DNA of 64,000 bases from Acidimicrobiales bacterium (GTDB lineage Bacteria; Actinomycetota; Acidimicrobiia; Acidimicrobiales; VFJN01). Location of the stretch: NCBI GenBank assembly GCA_036279475.1, contig DASUJB010000147.1, positions 1,070 through 65,069 of the forward strand. Reading direction: 5' to 3'. Numbering within the stretch: position 1 is the stretch's first letter; every line of letters starts with the position of its first letter. This document shows positions 8,110 through 18,178 of the stretch, piece after piece. The translations under genes and the position numbers were made by a program. The notes beneath the pieces were generated by a model. The model did not search any database. It was not told the origin of the DNA and saw only the letters and a program-made list of their open reading frames with translations.

Positions 8110-9621
8110 TCAGGGCGTCACGCCCGCCACGAAGTCGGCCATGTCGCCCAGCTCGGCCGCCCACTGGGTGACGCCGAAGGCCAACGTGAGGACGGCCGTG
8201 ATGGCCAGCGCCGCCGTCAACGACACCGGCAACCGCACGGGGGTGACGTCACCGTCGGGCGCAGGGTTCATCCACATCTCCTTGGCGACGTTGGCGTAGT
8301 ACGCCAGCGACACCACGGTGTTGACCGCCATCACCACGGCCAGGGCGTACCCCCACCCCGTGTCCGACTCGACCACCGCTCGGAAGGCGACGAACTTGGC
8401 CAGCCAACCGCCCAGGGGCGGGATGCCGGCCAGGGCAAACAGGAAGAGCGACATCAGGACGGCCAGGGACGGGGCGTACTCGAACAGCCCGCCGAACGTC
8501 GAGATGTCCGCGCTGCCCGTCTTGCGAGCCACCGCCATCACCACGGTGAAGGCACCGAGGTTCATGGCGGCGTAGATGAGCAGGTAGGTCACCACCGTGC
8601 TGAGGGTCGTGCCACCGATCTGGCCCACCACCGCCATGGGGGCGAGGATGAAGCCGGCCTGGGAGATCCCCGAGTAGGCCAGCATGCGCACCAGGTTCGT
8701 CTGGCGCAGCGCCACCACGTTGCCGACCGTCATCGAGCCCGCGGCCAGGACCCACATGAGCGGCCGGACGACCTCGGCCTGCTCGGCGAAGCCGATGACG
8801 ACGAGCTGCACCAGGGCCACGAACCCCGCGGCCTTGGAGGACACCGACAGGAAGGCGGTGACGGGCGTGGGCGCGCCCTCGTACGTGTCGGGTGCCCACG
8901 TGTGGAAGGGCACCGCCGACACCTTGAAGGCGAAGCCGGCGATCACGAACACGATGGCCAGGGTGATCACGGGGACGGAGCCGCCCGCGGTGCCGAGGGC
9001 CTCGCCGATGCCGCCGAGCCGGGTGGTACCCGCCACGCCGTACAGGAGCGACATCCCGTAGAGGAGCACACCCGTGGCGAACACCCCCATCAGGTAGTAC
9101 TTGACGCCGGCCTCGTTGCCCTTCCGGTCGCGCTTGCGCCAGCCGGCCAGGAGGTACGCGGGGACCGACAGGGTCTCGAGGGCGACGAAGATCGTGACGA
9201 GGTCGCGCGCCGACGCCATCACCGTCATCCCCAGGATGGACGACAGCAGCAGGAAGTAGTACTCGCCCTCCGCGTAGTCGCCCTCGGCGACGTAGTTGGT
9301 CGACAGCAGCACCGTGACGTACCCGGCCACGAGGAACAGGGCCTTGACCACGAGGGAGAAGTCGTCGACGGCGTAGGCGCCGCCGAACATCGTCCGGTCG
9401 GCGCCGTCGGCGGCCAGCGTGAGCACGGGGACGAGCGCGCCGAGCAGCCCGATCCCTGCCAGGGAGGGGAGCGCTCCCTTCCGGTCGTCCGGGAGGAAGA
9501 GGTCGGCCACCAGCACGAGGCACAGGACGCCCACGACGACCAGCTCGGGGGCGAGGGCGTGCCAGTCGATGTCGGGACGGGCGAAGCCGTCCTGCGACGC
9601 CCGGGCGAGGAGGGCCAGCAC
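8110..9621 (-). CDS. nuoN: NADH-quinone oxidoreductase subunit N (operon 1, 11-subunit type)
   Basis: 503-aa polytopic antiporter-like protein (VPFHTWAPDTYEGAPTPVTAF). GTG start at 9621, 6 nt after the nuoM stop. Confidence 0.9.
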   Translation of the reverse strand: MLALLARASQDGFARPDIDWHALAPELVVVGVLCLVLVADLFLPDDRKGALPSLAGIGLLGALVPVLTLAADGADRTMFGGAYAVDDFSLVVKALFLVAGYVTVLLSTNYVAEGDYAEGEYYFLLLSSILGMTVMASARDLVTIFVALETLSVPAYLLAGWRKRDRKGNEAGVKYYLMGVFATGVLLYGMSLLYGVAGTTRLGGIGEALGTAGGSVPVITLAIVFVIAGFAFKVSAVPFHTWAPDTYEGAPTPVTAFLSVSSKAAGFVALVQLVVIGFAEQAEVVRPLMWVLAAGSMTVGNVVALRQTNLVRMLAYSGISQAGFILAPMAVVGQIGGTTLSTVVTYLLIYAAMNLGAFTVVMAVARKTGSADISTFGGLFEYAPSLAVLMSLFLFALAGIPPLGGWLAKFVAFRAVVESDTGWGYALAVVMAVNTVVSLAYYANVAKEMWMNPAPDGDVTPVRLPVSLTAALAITAVLTLAFGVTQWAAELGDMADFVAGVTP

Positions 9622-9627
9622 GGCGGA

Positions 9628-11175
9628 TCAGCCGCCCACCGCGGCGGCGATGGACTGGGCCACGGAGGTGAGCTGGTCGTCCCCGACGCGGAACACCAGG
9701 TTCGGGTAGACGCCGACGACGAGGATCAGCACGAGGAGCGGCACCCAGGCGATCCACTCCGGCAGCGTGACGTCAGGGATCTCCTCGTCCTCGAACTCCT
9801 CGGTGGGCGTGCCGAAGGCCGTGCGCTGGTACAGCCACAGCAGGTAGCCGGCGGCGAACACCGTGCCCAGGGCGGCGACGACCATGTAGACGCGGAACAG
9901 CTCCTCGCTGAGGCCGGCGCCCGGCTGGTAGGTCGAGAGGATCGCCGGGAACTCGCCCCAGAAGCCGGCGAGGCCCGGCAGGCCCAGCGAGGCCATGGCC
10001 GTGAAGCCCAAGATCCAGCCCAGCCGCGGCGCCTTCACGAGGATGCCCCCCAGCCGGCGGATCTCCAGCGTGTGGTAGCGCTCCTTCACGGAGCCGGCGA
10101 TGAAGAAGAGCATGCCGGTGATGAGCCCGTGGGCGACCATGCCCATCAGGGCGGCGTTGAGCCCGAAGTCGGTGAGCGTGGCCACCCCGAGCATGGTGAA
10201 GCCCATGTGGGCGACCGACGAGAAGGCGATGAGCCGCTTCATGTCCGTCTGCGCCAGGCAGGCCAGGGCTCCGTAGATGATGCCGATGACGGCCAGCAGG
10301 CCGATCCACGGAGCCCACGACACCGCGGCCTCGGGCAGGATGGGCAGGGCGACCCGGACGAACCCGTAGGTGCCGAGCTTGAGGAGCACCGCCGCCAGGA
10401 TGACCGAGCCCACGGTGGGCGCCTGGGTGTGGGCGTCGGGCAGCCAGGTGTGGAACGGGAAGATCGGCACCTTGATGCCGAACCCCATGAACATCCCGCC
10501 GAAGATCAGCAGCTCGGTGGTGTGCGAGACGTTGCCGCGGGCCACCCCCGCGGCCAGGTCGCTCATGACGAACGAATCGCTGCCCGCCGCGAAGAAGAGC
10601 GCGAGGAAGCTCACGATCATCAGGGCCGACCCGAACAGCGTGAACAGGAAGAACTTGATGGCCGCGTACTGGCGCTGCTCACCGCCCCACACGCCGATGA
10701 GGAAGTACATCGGCAACAGCACGACCTCGAAGAACACGAAGAAGAGGATGAGGTCCTGGGCCACGAACGTGCCGAGCATGCCGGTGTGCAGCACGAGCAG
10801 CAGGATGAGGAAGGCCTTGGGGTTCCGTGGCTCGGGGAAGTGGTTCCACGAGTACACGATGCACAGCGGCACGATCAGCAGCGTCAGGGCGATCAACGGG
10901 ATCGACAGGCCGTCGATCCCGATCGCGTACCGGCTGTGGATCACGTCGATCCACGACTCGTCCACCACGAACTGCAGGCGGTCCGTGGCGCCGTAGTCGA
11001 AGTCGGCGATGACGGCGGCTCCGACACCCGCCGTGCCCAACGACACGACGAGGGCCAGCCACTTGTGCGCCGACTCCAGGGTCCTGGGCACGAGCAGCAT
11101 CACCAGGGCTCCTGCCAGAGGCAGGAACACCATGAGCGACAGGCCCCAGTCGGTCAGGAACTCGTTGTTGTCCAT
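9628..11175 (-). CDS. nuoM: NADH-quinone oxidoreductase subunit M (operon 1)
   Basis: 515 aa, with FPFHTWLPDAHTQAPTVGSVILA and an NuoM-type topology. ATG start at 11175. Confidence 0.9.
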   Translation of the reverse strand: MDNNEFLTDWGLSLMVFLPLAGALVMLLVPRTLESAHKWLALVVSLGTAGVGAAVIADFDYGATDRLQFVVDESWIDVIHSRYAIGIDGLSIPLIALTLLIVPLCIVYSWNHFPEPRNPKAFLILLLVLHTGMLGTFVAQDLILFFVFFEVVLLPMYFLIGVWGGEQRQYAAIKFFLFTLFGSALMIVSFLALFFAAGSDSFVMSDLAAGVARGNVSHTTELLIFGGMFMGFGIKVPIFPFHTWLPDAHTQAPTVGSVILAAVLLKLGTYGFVRVALPILPEAAVSWAPWIGLLAVIGIIYGALACLAQTDMKRLIAFSSVAHMGFTMLGVATLTDFGLNAALMGMVAHGLITGMLFFIAGSVKERYHTLEIRRLGGILVKAPRLGWILGFTAMASLGLPGLAGFWGEFPAILSTYQPGAGLSEELFRVYMVVAALGTVFAAGYLLWLYQRTAFGTPTEEFEDEEIPDVTLPEWIAWVPLLVLILVVGVYPNLVFRVGDDQLTSVAQSIAAAVGG

Positions 11176-11196
11176 CGTGAACCTTGGCGGTAGCCG

Positions 11197-13377
11197 TCAG
11201 ACGAAGATGATGATGACGCCGGCGAAGAGCGCGGCGGCACCGAAGAGGAGCGCCCCGTACTGCTGCACCTTGCCGGAGGTGAGTTGGCGGAAGACCTGGC
11301 CGCTGCTGTTGGCCGCAGCCGCCGACCCCGTGATGGCACCGTCGACGACCTGCTGGTCGATCCGGGTGTACACGAAGCGGCCGACGGCCGTGGCCCCCCG
11401 GCCGGCCCCGTTGACCACGCCGTCGATGACGTGCTGGTTGACCCAGTACGCGGCCCGGGCGACGGGACCCTTGACCGCACCGACGATCACGTCGGTGTAC
11501 AGCCAGTCGAGGTAGTACTTGTTCTCGAGCACCTGGCGGCCGACCCGGGCCAGGCGGTTGCGCTGCGTGATCCCGTGGGGACCGAGGCCCCGCCAGTACC
11601 ACAGGTAGGCGACGCCGATGCCGAGGACGGCCACGATCGTGGCCGTGACGGCGATCCCGGGGGAGAACTCCGGGTGGCTGAAGTTGGCCGTCGGGAAGTA
11701 CGGGGCCTTCGGCTCGTAGAAGTGCTCGAACCGCAGGTCGAGCCCGTCACCGGGCCCCACCGCCGCCGGCAGGTTGGCGAAGCCGGCGGTCACCCCTAGG
11801 ACGGCCAGCACCCACAGCGGGACCGTGAGGCGGGGGCCCGATTCGTGTGGGTGACCGTGGCCGCGGTACTCGCCGAAGAACGTCAGGTACACGACCCGGG
11901 TCATGTAGGCCGCCGTCATCAGGGCCCCGACGATGCCCACGACCATGAACGCGGTGTAGCCGCCCCCGCCGCCGAGCTGGCTGGCACCTGCGAGGATCTC
12001 GTCCTTCGACCAGAACCCCGCCAGGGGGAAGATGCCGACGAGGGCCCCCGTGGCGATGAGGAAGGTCCGGTAGGTGTGCGGCATCCACCGCCGCAGACCC
12101 CCCATGTCCTTGCGCATGTCGAAGCTGTGCACGGCGTGGCTGACCGACCCGGCGCCCAGGAACAGGCAGGCCTTGAAGAAGGCGTGGGTGAAGAGGTGGA
12201 AGAACGCTGCCGTCCAGGCTCCCACGCCCAGCGCCATCACCATGTAGCCGAGCTGCGACACGGTCGAGTAGGCGAGGACCTTCTTGATGTCGTTCTGGAC
12301 GAACGCCAGCCCGGCACCGCCGAGCACCGTGACCGCGCCCACCACGGCGAGCAGGTTCACGCTGGACACGCCGATGCTCAGGCCCTCGAAGAACACGCCG
12401 TAGAGGCGGCCCACCATGTAGACGCCGGCGACCACCATCGTGGCCGCGTGGATGAGGGCCGACACGGGCGTGGGTCCGGCCATGGCGTCGGGCAGCCACG
12501 TGTGGAGGATGAACTGCCCCGACTTCGACATGACCGCGGCCACCAGCGAGCACGACGCCACCAGCAGGGCGAGGTGGCTGATGTCGCCCGACAGCGCCTG
12601 GGAGTTGATGTCGACGATGTCGAAGGTCTGCCCGGCTGCGAAGTACAGGGTGATGACGCCGACGATCAGGCCAACGTCCCCCACGCGGTTGGTGATGAAC
12701 GCCTTGAGGGCGGCGTCGCTGTTCGCCTTCTCCTCCCACCAGTGGCCGATGAGCGCGAACGAGCACAGGCCCACCAGCTCCCAGCACACGAGGAGCTGCA
12801 GCGTCGACGTGGACATGACCAGGCCGAGCATCGACGCCGTGAACAGCGACAGGAAGGCGAAGAAGTGGGTGTAGCGCCGGTCGCCGTGGACGTAGTCGGT
12901 GGAGTACACGTGCACCAGGAGGGACACGAGCGTGACGACGACCAGCATCATCGCGGCCGGGCCGTCCAGCAGCATCCCGGCCTCGACGTCGACCCCGCCG
13001 ATCTCGAACCAGGTCCAGGTCCGCTGGACGGGCGGGACCTCGTGCTCCTCCTCCTCGGCCGCGGCGGCGACCTCTCCGCCCTGCCCACCGGTGCCCTCGA
13101 CCCCTCCGGCGGTGGTGGCCTCGGCCAGCTCGCCCTCGCCCCCGAGGGCGTGACCCGTACCCTCCCCCGCCTCCTCGGCGGTGGCCTCGTGGGCGGCCGG
13201 CGGGTCCTCGACGTGGTCGAACCACTGGACGTTGGTGGCGATCGCCAGCACGAAGGCGACGGCGACGGCGGCGATGCCGACCTCGCTGCCCTTCCTGGGC
13301 AGGCGCTTGCCGAAGAAGAGGATCAGGAAGAACGAGGCGGCGGGGACGAGGGGGATGATCCAGGCGTTGTCGAGCAC
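11197..13377 (-). CDS. nuoL: NADH-quinone oxidoreductase subunit L (operon 1), with an acidic/Gly-rich insertion near the N-terminus
   Basis: 726 aa, with HTWLPDAMAGPTPVSALIHAATMV and a C-terminal lateral-helix region. GTG start at 13377. Confidence 0.9.
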   Translation of the reverse strand: MLDNAWIIPLVPAASFFLILFFGKRLPRKGSEVGIAAVAVAFVLAIATNVQWFDHVEDPPAAHEATAEEAGEGTGHALGGEGELAEATTAGGVEGTGGQGGEVAAAAEEEEHEVPPVQRTWTWFEIGGVDVEAGMLLDGPAAMMLVVVTLVSLLVHVYSTDYVHGDRRYTHFFAFLSLFTASMLGLVMSTSTLQLLVCWELVGLCSFALIGHWWEEKANSDAALKAFITNRVGDVGLIVGVITLYFAAGQTFDIVDINSQALSGDISHLALLVASCSLVAAVMSKSGQFILHTWLPDAMAGPTPVSALIHAATMVVAGVYMVGRLYGVFFEGLSIGVSSVNLLAVVGAVTVLGGAGLAFVQNDIKKVLAYSTVSQLGYMVMALGVGAWTAAFFHLFTHAFFKACLFLGAGSVSHAVHSFDMRKDMGGLRRWMPHTYRTFLIATGALVGIFPLAGFWSKDEILAGASQLGGGGGYTAFMVVGIVGALMTAAYMTRVVYLTFFGEYRGHGHPHESGPRLTVPLWVLAVLGVTAGFANLPAAVGPGDGLDLRFEHFYEPKAPYFPTANFSHPEFSPGIAVTATIVAVLGIGVAYLWYWRGLGPHGITQRNRLARVGRQVLENKYYLDWLYTDVIVGAVKGPVARAAYWVNQHVIDGVVNGAGRGATAVGRFVYTRIDQQVVDGAITGSAAAANSSGQVFRQLTSGKVQQYGALLFGAAALFAGVIIIFV

Positions 13378-13386
13378 GATTCCCCG

Positions 13387-13695
13387 CTATCCCCTCATCG
13401 AATCGATCTCGTCGAGGTCAACGCTCGACCGGTTCCGGTAGATGATCAGCACCATGGCCAGGCCGACGCCGACCTCTGCGGCGGCGACCGCGATGACGAA
13501 GAGGGCGAACACCGCCCCCGTGATGTCGTTGCCCATCGCCCCGAATGCAAGCAGGTTGATGTTCACCGCGTTCAGGATGAGCTCGATCGACATGAGCACG
13601 AGCACCGTGTTCTTCCGAGCGATCACCCCGTACACGCCGGTGCAGAAGAGGATCGCCCCCAGTAGGAGGAACTGGTTGAGCAGCAACTCGTCCAT
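13387..13695 (-). CDS. nuoK: NADH-quinone oxidoreductase subunit K (operon 1)
   Basis: 102 aa with three TM helices (SIELILNAVN, AAAEVGVGLA). Its ATG overlaps the nuoJ stop as ATGA at 13695-13697. Confidence 0.9.
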   Translation of the reverse strand: MDELLLNQFLLLGAILFCTGVYGVIARKNTVLVLMSIELILNAVNINLLAFGAMGNDITGAVFALFVIAVAAAEVGVGLAMVLIIYRNRSSVDLDEIDSMRG

Positions 13696-14207
13696 CAGCG
13701 GTCCTTCCGGGCGATGACGATGGCCCCGATCAGGGCCGCCAGCAGCAGGACCGAGATCGCCTCGAAGGGGATCAGGAACTGGCTGAAGATGGCGTCACCG
13801 ATGGTGGACGTGTTGCTGCCGTCGACGGTGGCGATCTGGCGGTCGTTGGGCAGCGGGTCGTCGCCGAAGTTTTCGATCAGGGCGTAGCCCATCACGCCGG
13901 CGAGCAGGGCGGCAGTGACGACGCCCGCCCACCAGTGGCTGTTCGTCATCTGCTCGTCGCGCCCGATGCGGCTGCGGGTGAGCATGATGCCGAACAGCAT
14001 CAGGACCATGATCGCACCGATGTACACGAGGACCTGCGTGACGGCCACGAACTCGGCGGCCAGGAGGATGAACTGCGCCGCCACGCCGGCGAACACGACG
14101 ATCAACGCCAACGCCGATCGCACGACGTTGCGGTTGGTCACCACCACGACGGAAGCTGCCACCATGACCGCGGCGATGGCGTAGAAGAAGACGTTCTCGG
14201 CGACCAT
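13695..14207 (-). CDS. nuoJ: NADH-quinone oxidoreductase subunit J (operon 1)
   Basis: ORF 13695..14534 trimmed to the ATG at 14207, giving 170 aa ([14 protein letters not shown]...). It overlaps the nuoI stop as ATGA. Confidence 0.85.
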   Translation of the reverse strand: MVAENVFFYAIAAVMVAASVVVVTNRNVVRSALALIVVFAGVAAQFILLAAEFVAVTQVLVYIGAIMVLMLFGIMLTRSRIGRDEQMTNSHWWAGVVTAALLAGVMGYALIENFGDDPLPNDRQIATVDGSNTSTIGDAIFSQFLIPFEAISVLLLAALIGAIVIARKDR

Positions 14208-14761
14208 CAGCGGGGCACCTTGCGAACCTTCTGCTCCGACCCCGCCTCGTACGGCTCGAAGTCCGGGACGGTCTCCATCCACTGACCGAGGCGCTCCTTG
14301 TCGTGGAGGAGGTCGGCCAGGCGCAGCTCGGAGTACTCGTACTCCGGGCTCCAGAACAGCGCGTCGAACGGGCAGACCTCGACGCAGATGCCGCAGTACA
14401 TGCAGAGGGCGTAGTCGATGTCGAAGCGGTCCAGCTCGTTGACCGTGCGGGGCCGACCACCGGGGCGGCGGGGCGGGGCGGTGGCCTTGTGGCCCTCGAT
14501 GTAGATGCACCAGTCGGGGCAGCTGCGGGCGCACAGCATGCAGACCGTGCAGTTGTCCTCCTTGAGGGCGATCACCCCCCGGGCCCGCGGCGGCGGGGTC
14601 TCCTTCTCGTGGGGGTACTGGACGGTGGCCGCCCCCTGGGAGGGAGCGGGGACGAGCGTGCGGACGCCCCGCGAGGGGAACATCGTCTTCGCCATCGTCT
14701 TGAGCGTGACGCCCAGGCCCTTCACGAGGCCCGGCGCCTTCGGCGTGGGGATCTCCGCCAC
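14207..14761 (-). CDS. nuoI: NADH-quinone oxidoreductase subunit I (operon 1), 2x[4Fe-4S]
   Basis: 184 aa with two ferredoxin motifs, [12 protein letters not shown] and [12 protein letters not shown]. Confidence 0.9.
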   Translation of the reverse strand: MAEIPTPKAPGLVKGLGVTLKTMAKTMFPSRGVRTLVPAPSQGAATVQYPHEKETPPPRARGVIALKEDNCTVCMLCARSCPDWCIYIEGHKATAPPRRPGGRPRTVNELDRFDIDYALCMYCGICVEVCPFDALFWSPEYEYSELRLADLLHDKERLGQWMETVPDFEPYEAGSEQKVRKVPR

Positions 14762-15798
14762 TACCAGGCCACCTTCAGAGCCATGGTCGCCAGGATGTTG
14801 ACCAGCGACAGCGGGATGAGGAACTTCCAGGCGAGCTGCTGGAGCTGATCCTCACGGAAGCGTGGGTAGGTGAACCGCACCCAGAAGACCACGAACGACA
14901 CCAGCATGATCTTCACCAGGAGCACGATCGGGCCCACCACGTTCATGTAGTCGGCGTCGAGGTCCATCCCCGGCAGCGCCCAGCCACCGAGGAACAGCGT
15001 GGCAGCCACCGCCGAGAACGCGCCCACGCTGGCGAACTCGGCGATGAAGAACAGCAGGAACCGCATGCCCGAGTACTCGGTCATGTAGCCGGACACCAGC
15101 TCCGACTCGGCGATCGGCATGTCGAAGGGTGCCTGGGTCAGCTCCGCCTGCATCGACACGAGGAAGATGAAGAAGCCCACGAACTGGGTGATGATGTACG
15201 GGTTGCCGATGCCGGAGAACCCGAAGATCTCGCCGTCGGCCTGGGCGGCGACGATGCCCTGCATGTTGAGCGTGCCGGCCTGGATGACCACGCCGACGAC
15301 GGCCAGGACCATCGGCAGCTCGTAGGCGATGAGCTGCCCTGCCGCCCGGAGGCCGCCCAGGAGCGAGTACTTGTTGGCCGACGCCCACCCGGCGAGGAGG
15401 ATGCCGAGCACGGAGATCGACGAGACGGCCAGCACGTAGAAGATGCCGACGTCCAGGTCGGTGAACCAGGCGTCAGGGCCGAACGGCACCGCCGCCAGGA
15501 TGAGGAAGACGGCCAGGACCACCACGTACGGCGCCATGGCGAACAACCGCCGGTCGGCCCGCCACGGGATGATGTCCTCCTTCTGGATCCACTTGCCCAC
15601 CTCGGCCAGGAGCTGCATCGAGCCGTAGGGACCGGCCTCCATGGGCCCGAGCCGGCTCTGCATGAAGCTCATCATCTTGAACAGGAAGACGTAGACGAGG
15701 GTGCCCGCCAACAGCAGCACCGCTGCCAGCACGCCGACCGATCGCAGCACCGTCTGCTGCCAGTAGGCCAACTCGATCGCGAGCAGCGAGGCCGTCAT
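14761..15798 (-). CDS. nuoH: NADH-quinone oxidoreductase subunit H (operon 1)
   Basis: ORF 14761..15879 trimmed to the ATG at 15798, giving 345 aa. That ATG overlaps the nuoD stop (ATGA at 15795-15798), so nuoH directly follows nuoD. Confidence 0.9.
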   Translation of the reverse strand: MTASLLAIELAYWQQTVLRSVGVLAAVLLLAGTLVYVFLFKMMSFMQSRLGPMEAGPYGSMQLLAEVGKWIQKEDIIPWRADRRLFAMAPYVVVLAVFLILAAVPFGPDAWFTDLDVGIFYVLAVSSISVLGILLAGWASANKYSLLGGLRAAGQLIAYELPMVLAVVGVVIQAGTLNMQGIVAAQADGEIFGFSGIGNPYIITQFVGFFIFLVSMQAELTQAPFDMPIAESELVSGYMTEYSGMRFLLFFIAEFASVGAFSAVAATLFLGGWALPGMDLDADYMNVVGPIVLLVKIMLVSFVVFWVRFTYPRFREDQLQQLAWKFLIPLSLVNILATMALKVAW

Positions 15799-16967
15799 CG
15801 GTCGATGTCTCCCAGGATGAAGTACAGGCTGGCGAGGATCGTGATGATGTCGGGCACGTAGACCCCGCGCAGCAGCCACGGAACGATGGAGACGTTCGAG
15901 AAGCTGGCCGAGCGGATCTTGACCCGGAACGGACCCAGGTCGCCCTTGCTCACCAGGTAGTAGCCCGTGACGCCGAGGGGGTTCTCGGTGGCGACGTAGG
16001 CCTCACCCGCCGGCACCTTGATGATCCGAGGCACCTTGGCCATGATCGGCCCGCCCGGCAGGCCGTCGCAGAGCTGGTCGACGATGCCCGTCGCCTCGCG
16101 AGTCTCCTGGAGGCGCACCCAGCACCGGGCGAAGCTGTCCCCGTCGGGGTGCGTCCACACCCGCCAGTCGACCTCCCGGTGGGCCAGGCCGACGTCGCCG
16201 TCACGCCGAAGGTCCCAGTCGACCCCCGTGGCCCGCAGGTTGGCCCCCGTGAGCCCGTAGGACAGCGCCACCTCGGGAGGGATGACGCCCACGCCACGGG
16301 TGCGGGCCTGGAAGATCTCGTTGCCGAAGAGGAGCGCCTCGACCTCGTCGCAGAAGTCCCTGATCCGTGCCATCACGGCCTTGGTGTCCGCCACCCATCC
16401 CTTGGGCAGGTCGTCCCTCAGCCCTCCGATGCGGTCGAAGTTGGGATGGAACCGCCCGCCCGTCACCGCCTCGATCTGGTCGAGGACGTGCTCGCGGTCG
16501 CGGAAGGCGTAGAAGGCCGGGGTGACGGCACCCAGCTGCACCCCCAGGTCACCGAGGAAGAGGACGATGTTGGCGATCCTGGCCATCTCGAACAGGATCG
16601 TGCGGATGTGACGGGCCCGAGGTGGCGCCTCGATCTCCATCAGCCGCTCGGCGGCCAGGATGAAGGGCACCTCGTTGGCGAAGCTGCCCAACCAGTCGAT
16701 GCGGTTGACGAGCGTGGTGATCTGGGGATAGGTGCGGACCTCGGTGAGCTTCTCGTAGCCCCGGTGCATGTAGCCCGGCACCACGTCGGCCCACACCACC
16801 TGCTCGCCGTCGAGCTTGGCGGTGATGCGGAGCGTCCCGTGGGTGGCCGGATGCTGGGGGCCGAGGTTGATGACCATGCCCTCGTCGGTCTCGAGCTCCA
16901 CGTTGACCCGGCCCTCGGCGGCTTGGGCGTCGACGTAGGCGAGCTGCTGGCGCTCCGTCACCGTCAC
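15795..16967 (-). CDS. nuoD: NADH-quinone oxidoreductase subunit D (operon 1)
   Basis: ORF 15795..17171 trimmed to the GTG at 16967, giving 390 aa. It overlaps the nuoC stop as GTGA. It has GPQHPATHGTLR and HRGYEKL, and ends ILGDIDR. Confidence 0.9.
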   Translation of the reverse strand: MTVTERQQLAYVDAQAAEGRVNVELETDEGMVINLGPQHPATHGTLRITAKLDGEQVVWADVVPGYMHRGYEKLTEVRTYPQITTLVNRIDWLGSFANEVPFILAAERLMEIEAPPRARHIRTILFEMARIANIVLFLGDLGVQLGAVTPAFYAFRDREHVLDQIEAVTGGRFHPNFDRIGGLRDDLPKGWVADTKAVMARIRDFCDEVEALLFGNEIFQARTRGVGVIPPEVALSYGLTGANLRATGVDWDLRRDGDVGLAHREVDWRVWTHPDGDSFARCWVRLQETREATGIVDQLCDGLPGGPIMAKVPRIIKVPAGEAYVATENPLGVTGYYLVSKGDLGPFRVKIRSASFSNVSIVPWLLRGVYVPDIITILASLYFILGDIDR

Positions 16968-17665
16968 TCGGCGACCTCCTCGGTCCGGCCGTCGCCCGAC
17001 GGAGGCTCGTCGGGCATCGGCTCCACGTCGACGATGCCCGGCCACGGCTTCACCAGCCGGGCCAGCAGCGGGAAGTCCTTGCGGAGAGGGTTCCCCTCGA
17101 AGCCGCTCGGAAGGTAGATGTGGCGCAGGCCGGGATGCCCCTCGAAGGTGATGCCGAACATCTCCCAGCACTCACGCTCGTGCCAGCTGGCCCCGCTGAA
17201 CAGCGGCACGAGGCTGGCGATGCGCAGGTCGTCGTCGGGGACGTCCGCCTTGAGGACGACGTTGAGGTGCGCTTCTTCGTGGCGGCGGACGTTGGCGAGG
17301 CGGCAGACCACCTGGAACCGCGTGTCGCCCCCGGCGTACCCGGTCTCGAAGGGACCTTCCGGCAGGGAGGGGGCCGCCCCCTCGAGGGCGGCGTCCTCGT
17401 AGCGACCCCACGGTGACGGCGCCCAGTCGATGGCGGACAGGAACTCGAAGAAGGTGCAGCCCAGCTGGTACTTGGCCGCCTCGGCGGCGGCCGTCCACGC
17501 CGACCGATCCACCCGGAGCCACGAGCCGTGGCCGGGCTGGACGTGGCTGCCCAGGACGGCGTCGCCCAAGGCGTCGGTGAGGGTGTCGACGACCCCCTGA
17601 CGTGCCTCGTCGAGCTGGGTCCCGCCAGCCTCGCCCGCCGGGACCTCGGTGGTGTCCGCCATCAC
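16964..17665 (-). CDS. nuoC: NADH-quinone oxidoreductase subunit C (operon 1)
   Basis: 233 aa, with [20 protein letters not shown] and NPLRKDFPL. The GTG at 17665 overlaps the nuoB stop; an ATG at 17662 is an alternative. Confidence 0.85.
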   Translation of the reverse strand: MMADTTEVPAGEAGGTQLDEARQGVVDTLTDALGDAVLGSHVQPGHGSWLRVDRSAWTAAAEAAKYQLGCTFFEFLSAIDWAPSPWGRYEDAALEGAAPSLPEGPFETGYAGGDTRFQVVCRLANVRRHEEAHLNVVLKADVPDDDLRIASLVPLFSGASWHERECWEMFGITFEGHPGLRHIYLPSGFEGNPLRKDFPLLARLVKPWPGIVDVEPMPDEPPSGDGRTEEVAE

Positions 17666-18162
17666 TGCGCCACCAACGGGTCGCCCCGCCAGCGCTCGGC
17701 CATGTCCTCCCGGCCGATGCGCTGCTGGAGCAGGACGATGCCCTCGAGCAGGGCCTCCGGCCGGGGTGGGCAGCCCGGCACGAAGACGTCGACGGGGATG
17801 ACCTGGTCGACGCCCTTCGTCACCGAGTAGCTGTCCCAGTAGGGACCGCCGCAGTTGGCGCAGGAACCCATGGAGATGACGTACTTGGGATCGGCCATCT
17901 GCTCGTAGAGCCGCTTGATGGCAGGGACCATCTTGTCGGTCACCGTGCCGGAGATGATCACCACGTCGGCCTGGCGGGGGCTCGACGGGAGGGGGATGAC
18001 CCCCAGTCGCATCACGTCATAGCGGGGCGACGCGAAGGCGGCGCCCATCTCGATGGCACAGCAGGCCAGGCCCCACTGGTACGCCCAGAGGCTGTACTTG
18101 CGAGCCGTGTTGAGCAGGGAGGTGAGCGGCTTGGGCAGCTTGCCGCTCTCGACGAGACCCAT
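17662..18162 (-). CDS. nuoB: NADH-quinone oxidoreductase subunit B (operon 1), N2 cluster ligands intact
   Basis: ORF 17662..18288 trimmed to the ATG at 18162, giving 166 aa. The ligand motifs [19 protein letters not shown] and PGCPP are all present. Confidence 0.9.
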   Translation of the reverse strand: MGLVESGKLPKPLTSLLNTARKYSLWAYQWGLACCAIEMGAAFASPRYDVMRLGVIPLPSSPRQADVVIISGTVTDKMVPAIKRLYEQMADPKYVISMGSCANCGGPYWDSYSVTKGVDQVIPVDVFVPGCPPRPEALLEGIVLLQQRIGREDMAERWRGDPLVAQ

Positions 18163-18178
18163 CAGCCGACGTCCTGTC

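Noticed and set aside
8902-13665. Long plus-strand ORFs (8902..11193, 11845..13665) antisense to nuoN/M/L of operon 1
   Set aside because: The His/Asp/Glu/Arg/Gly-rich translations are mirror images of hydrophobic membrane genes. The minus-strand frames carry unmistakable Nuo motifs.
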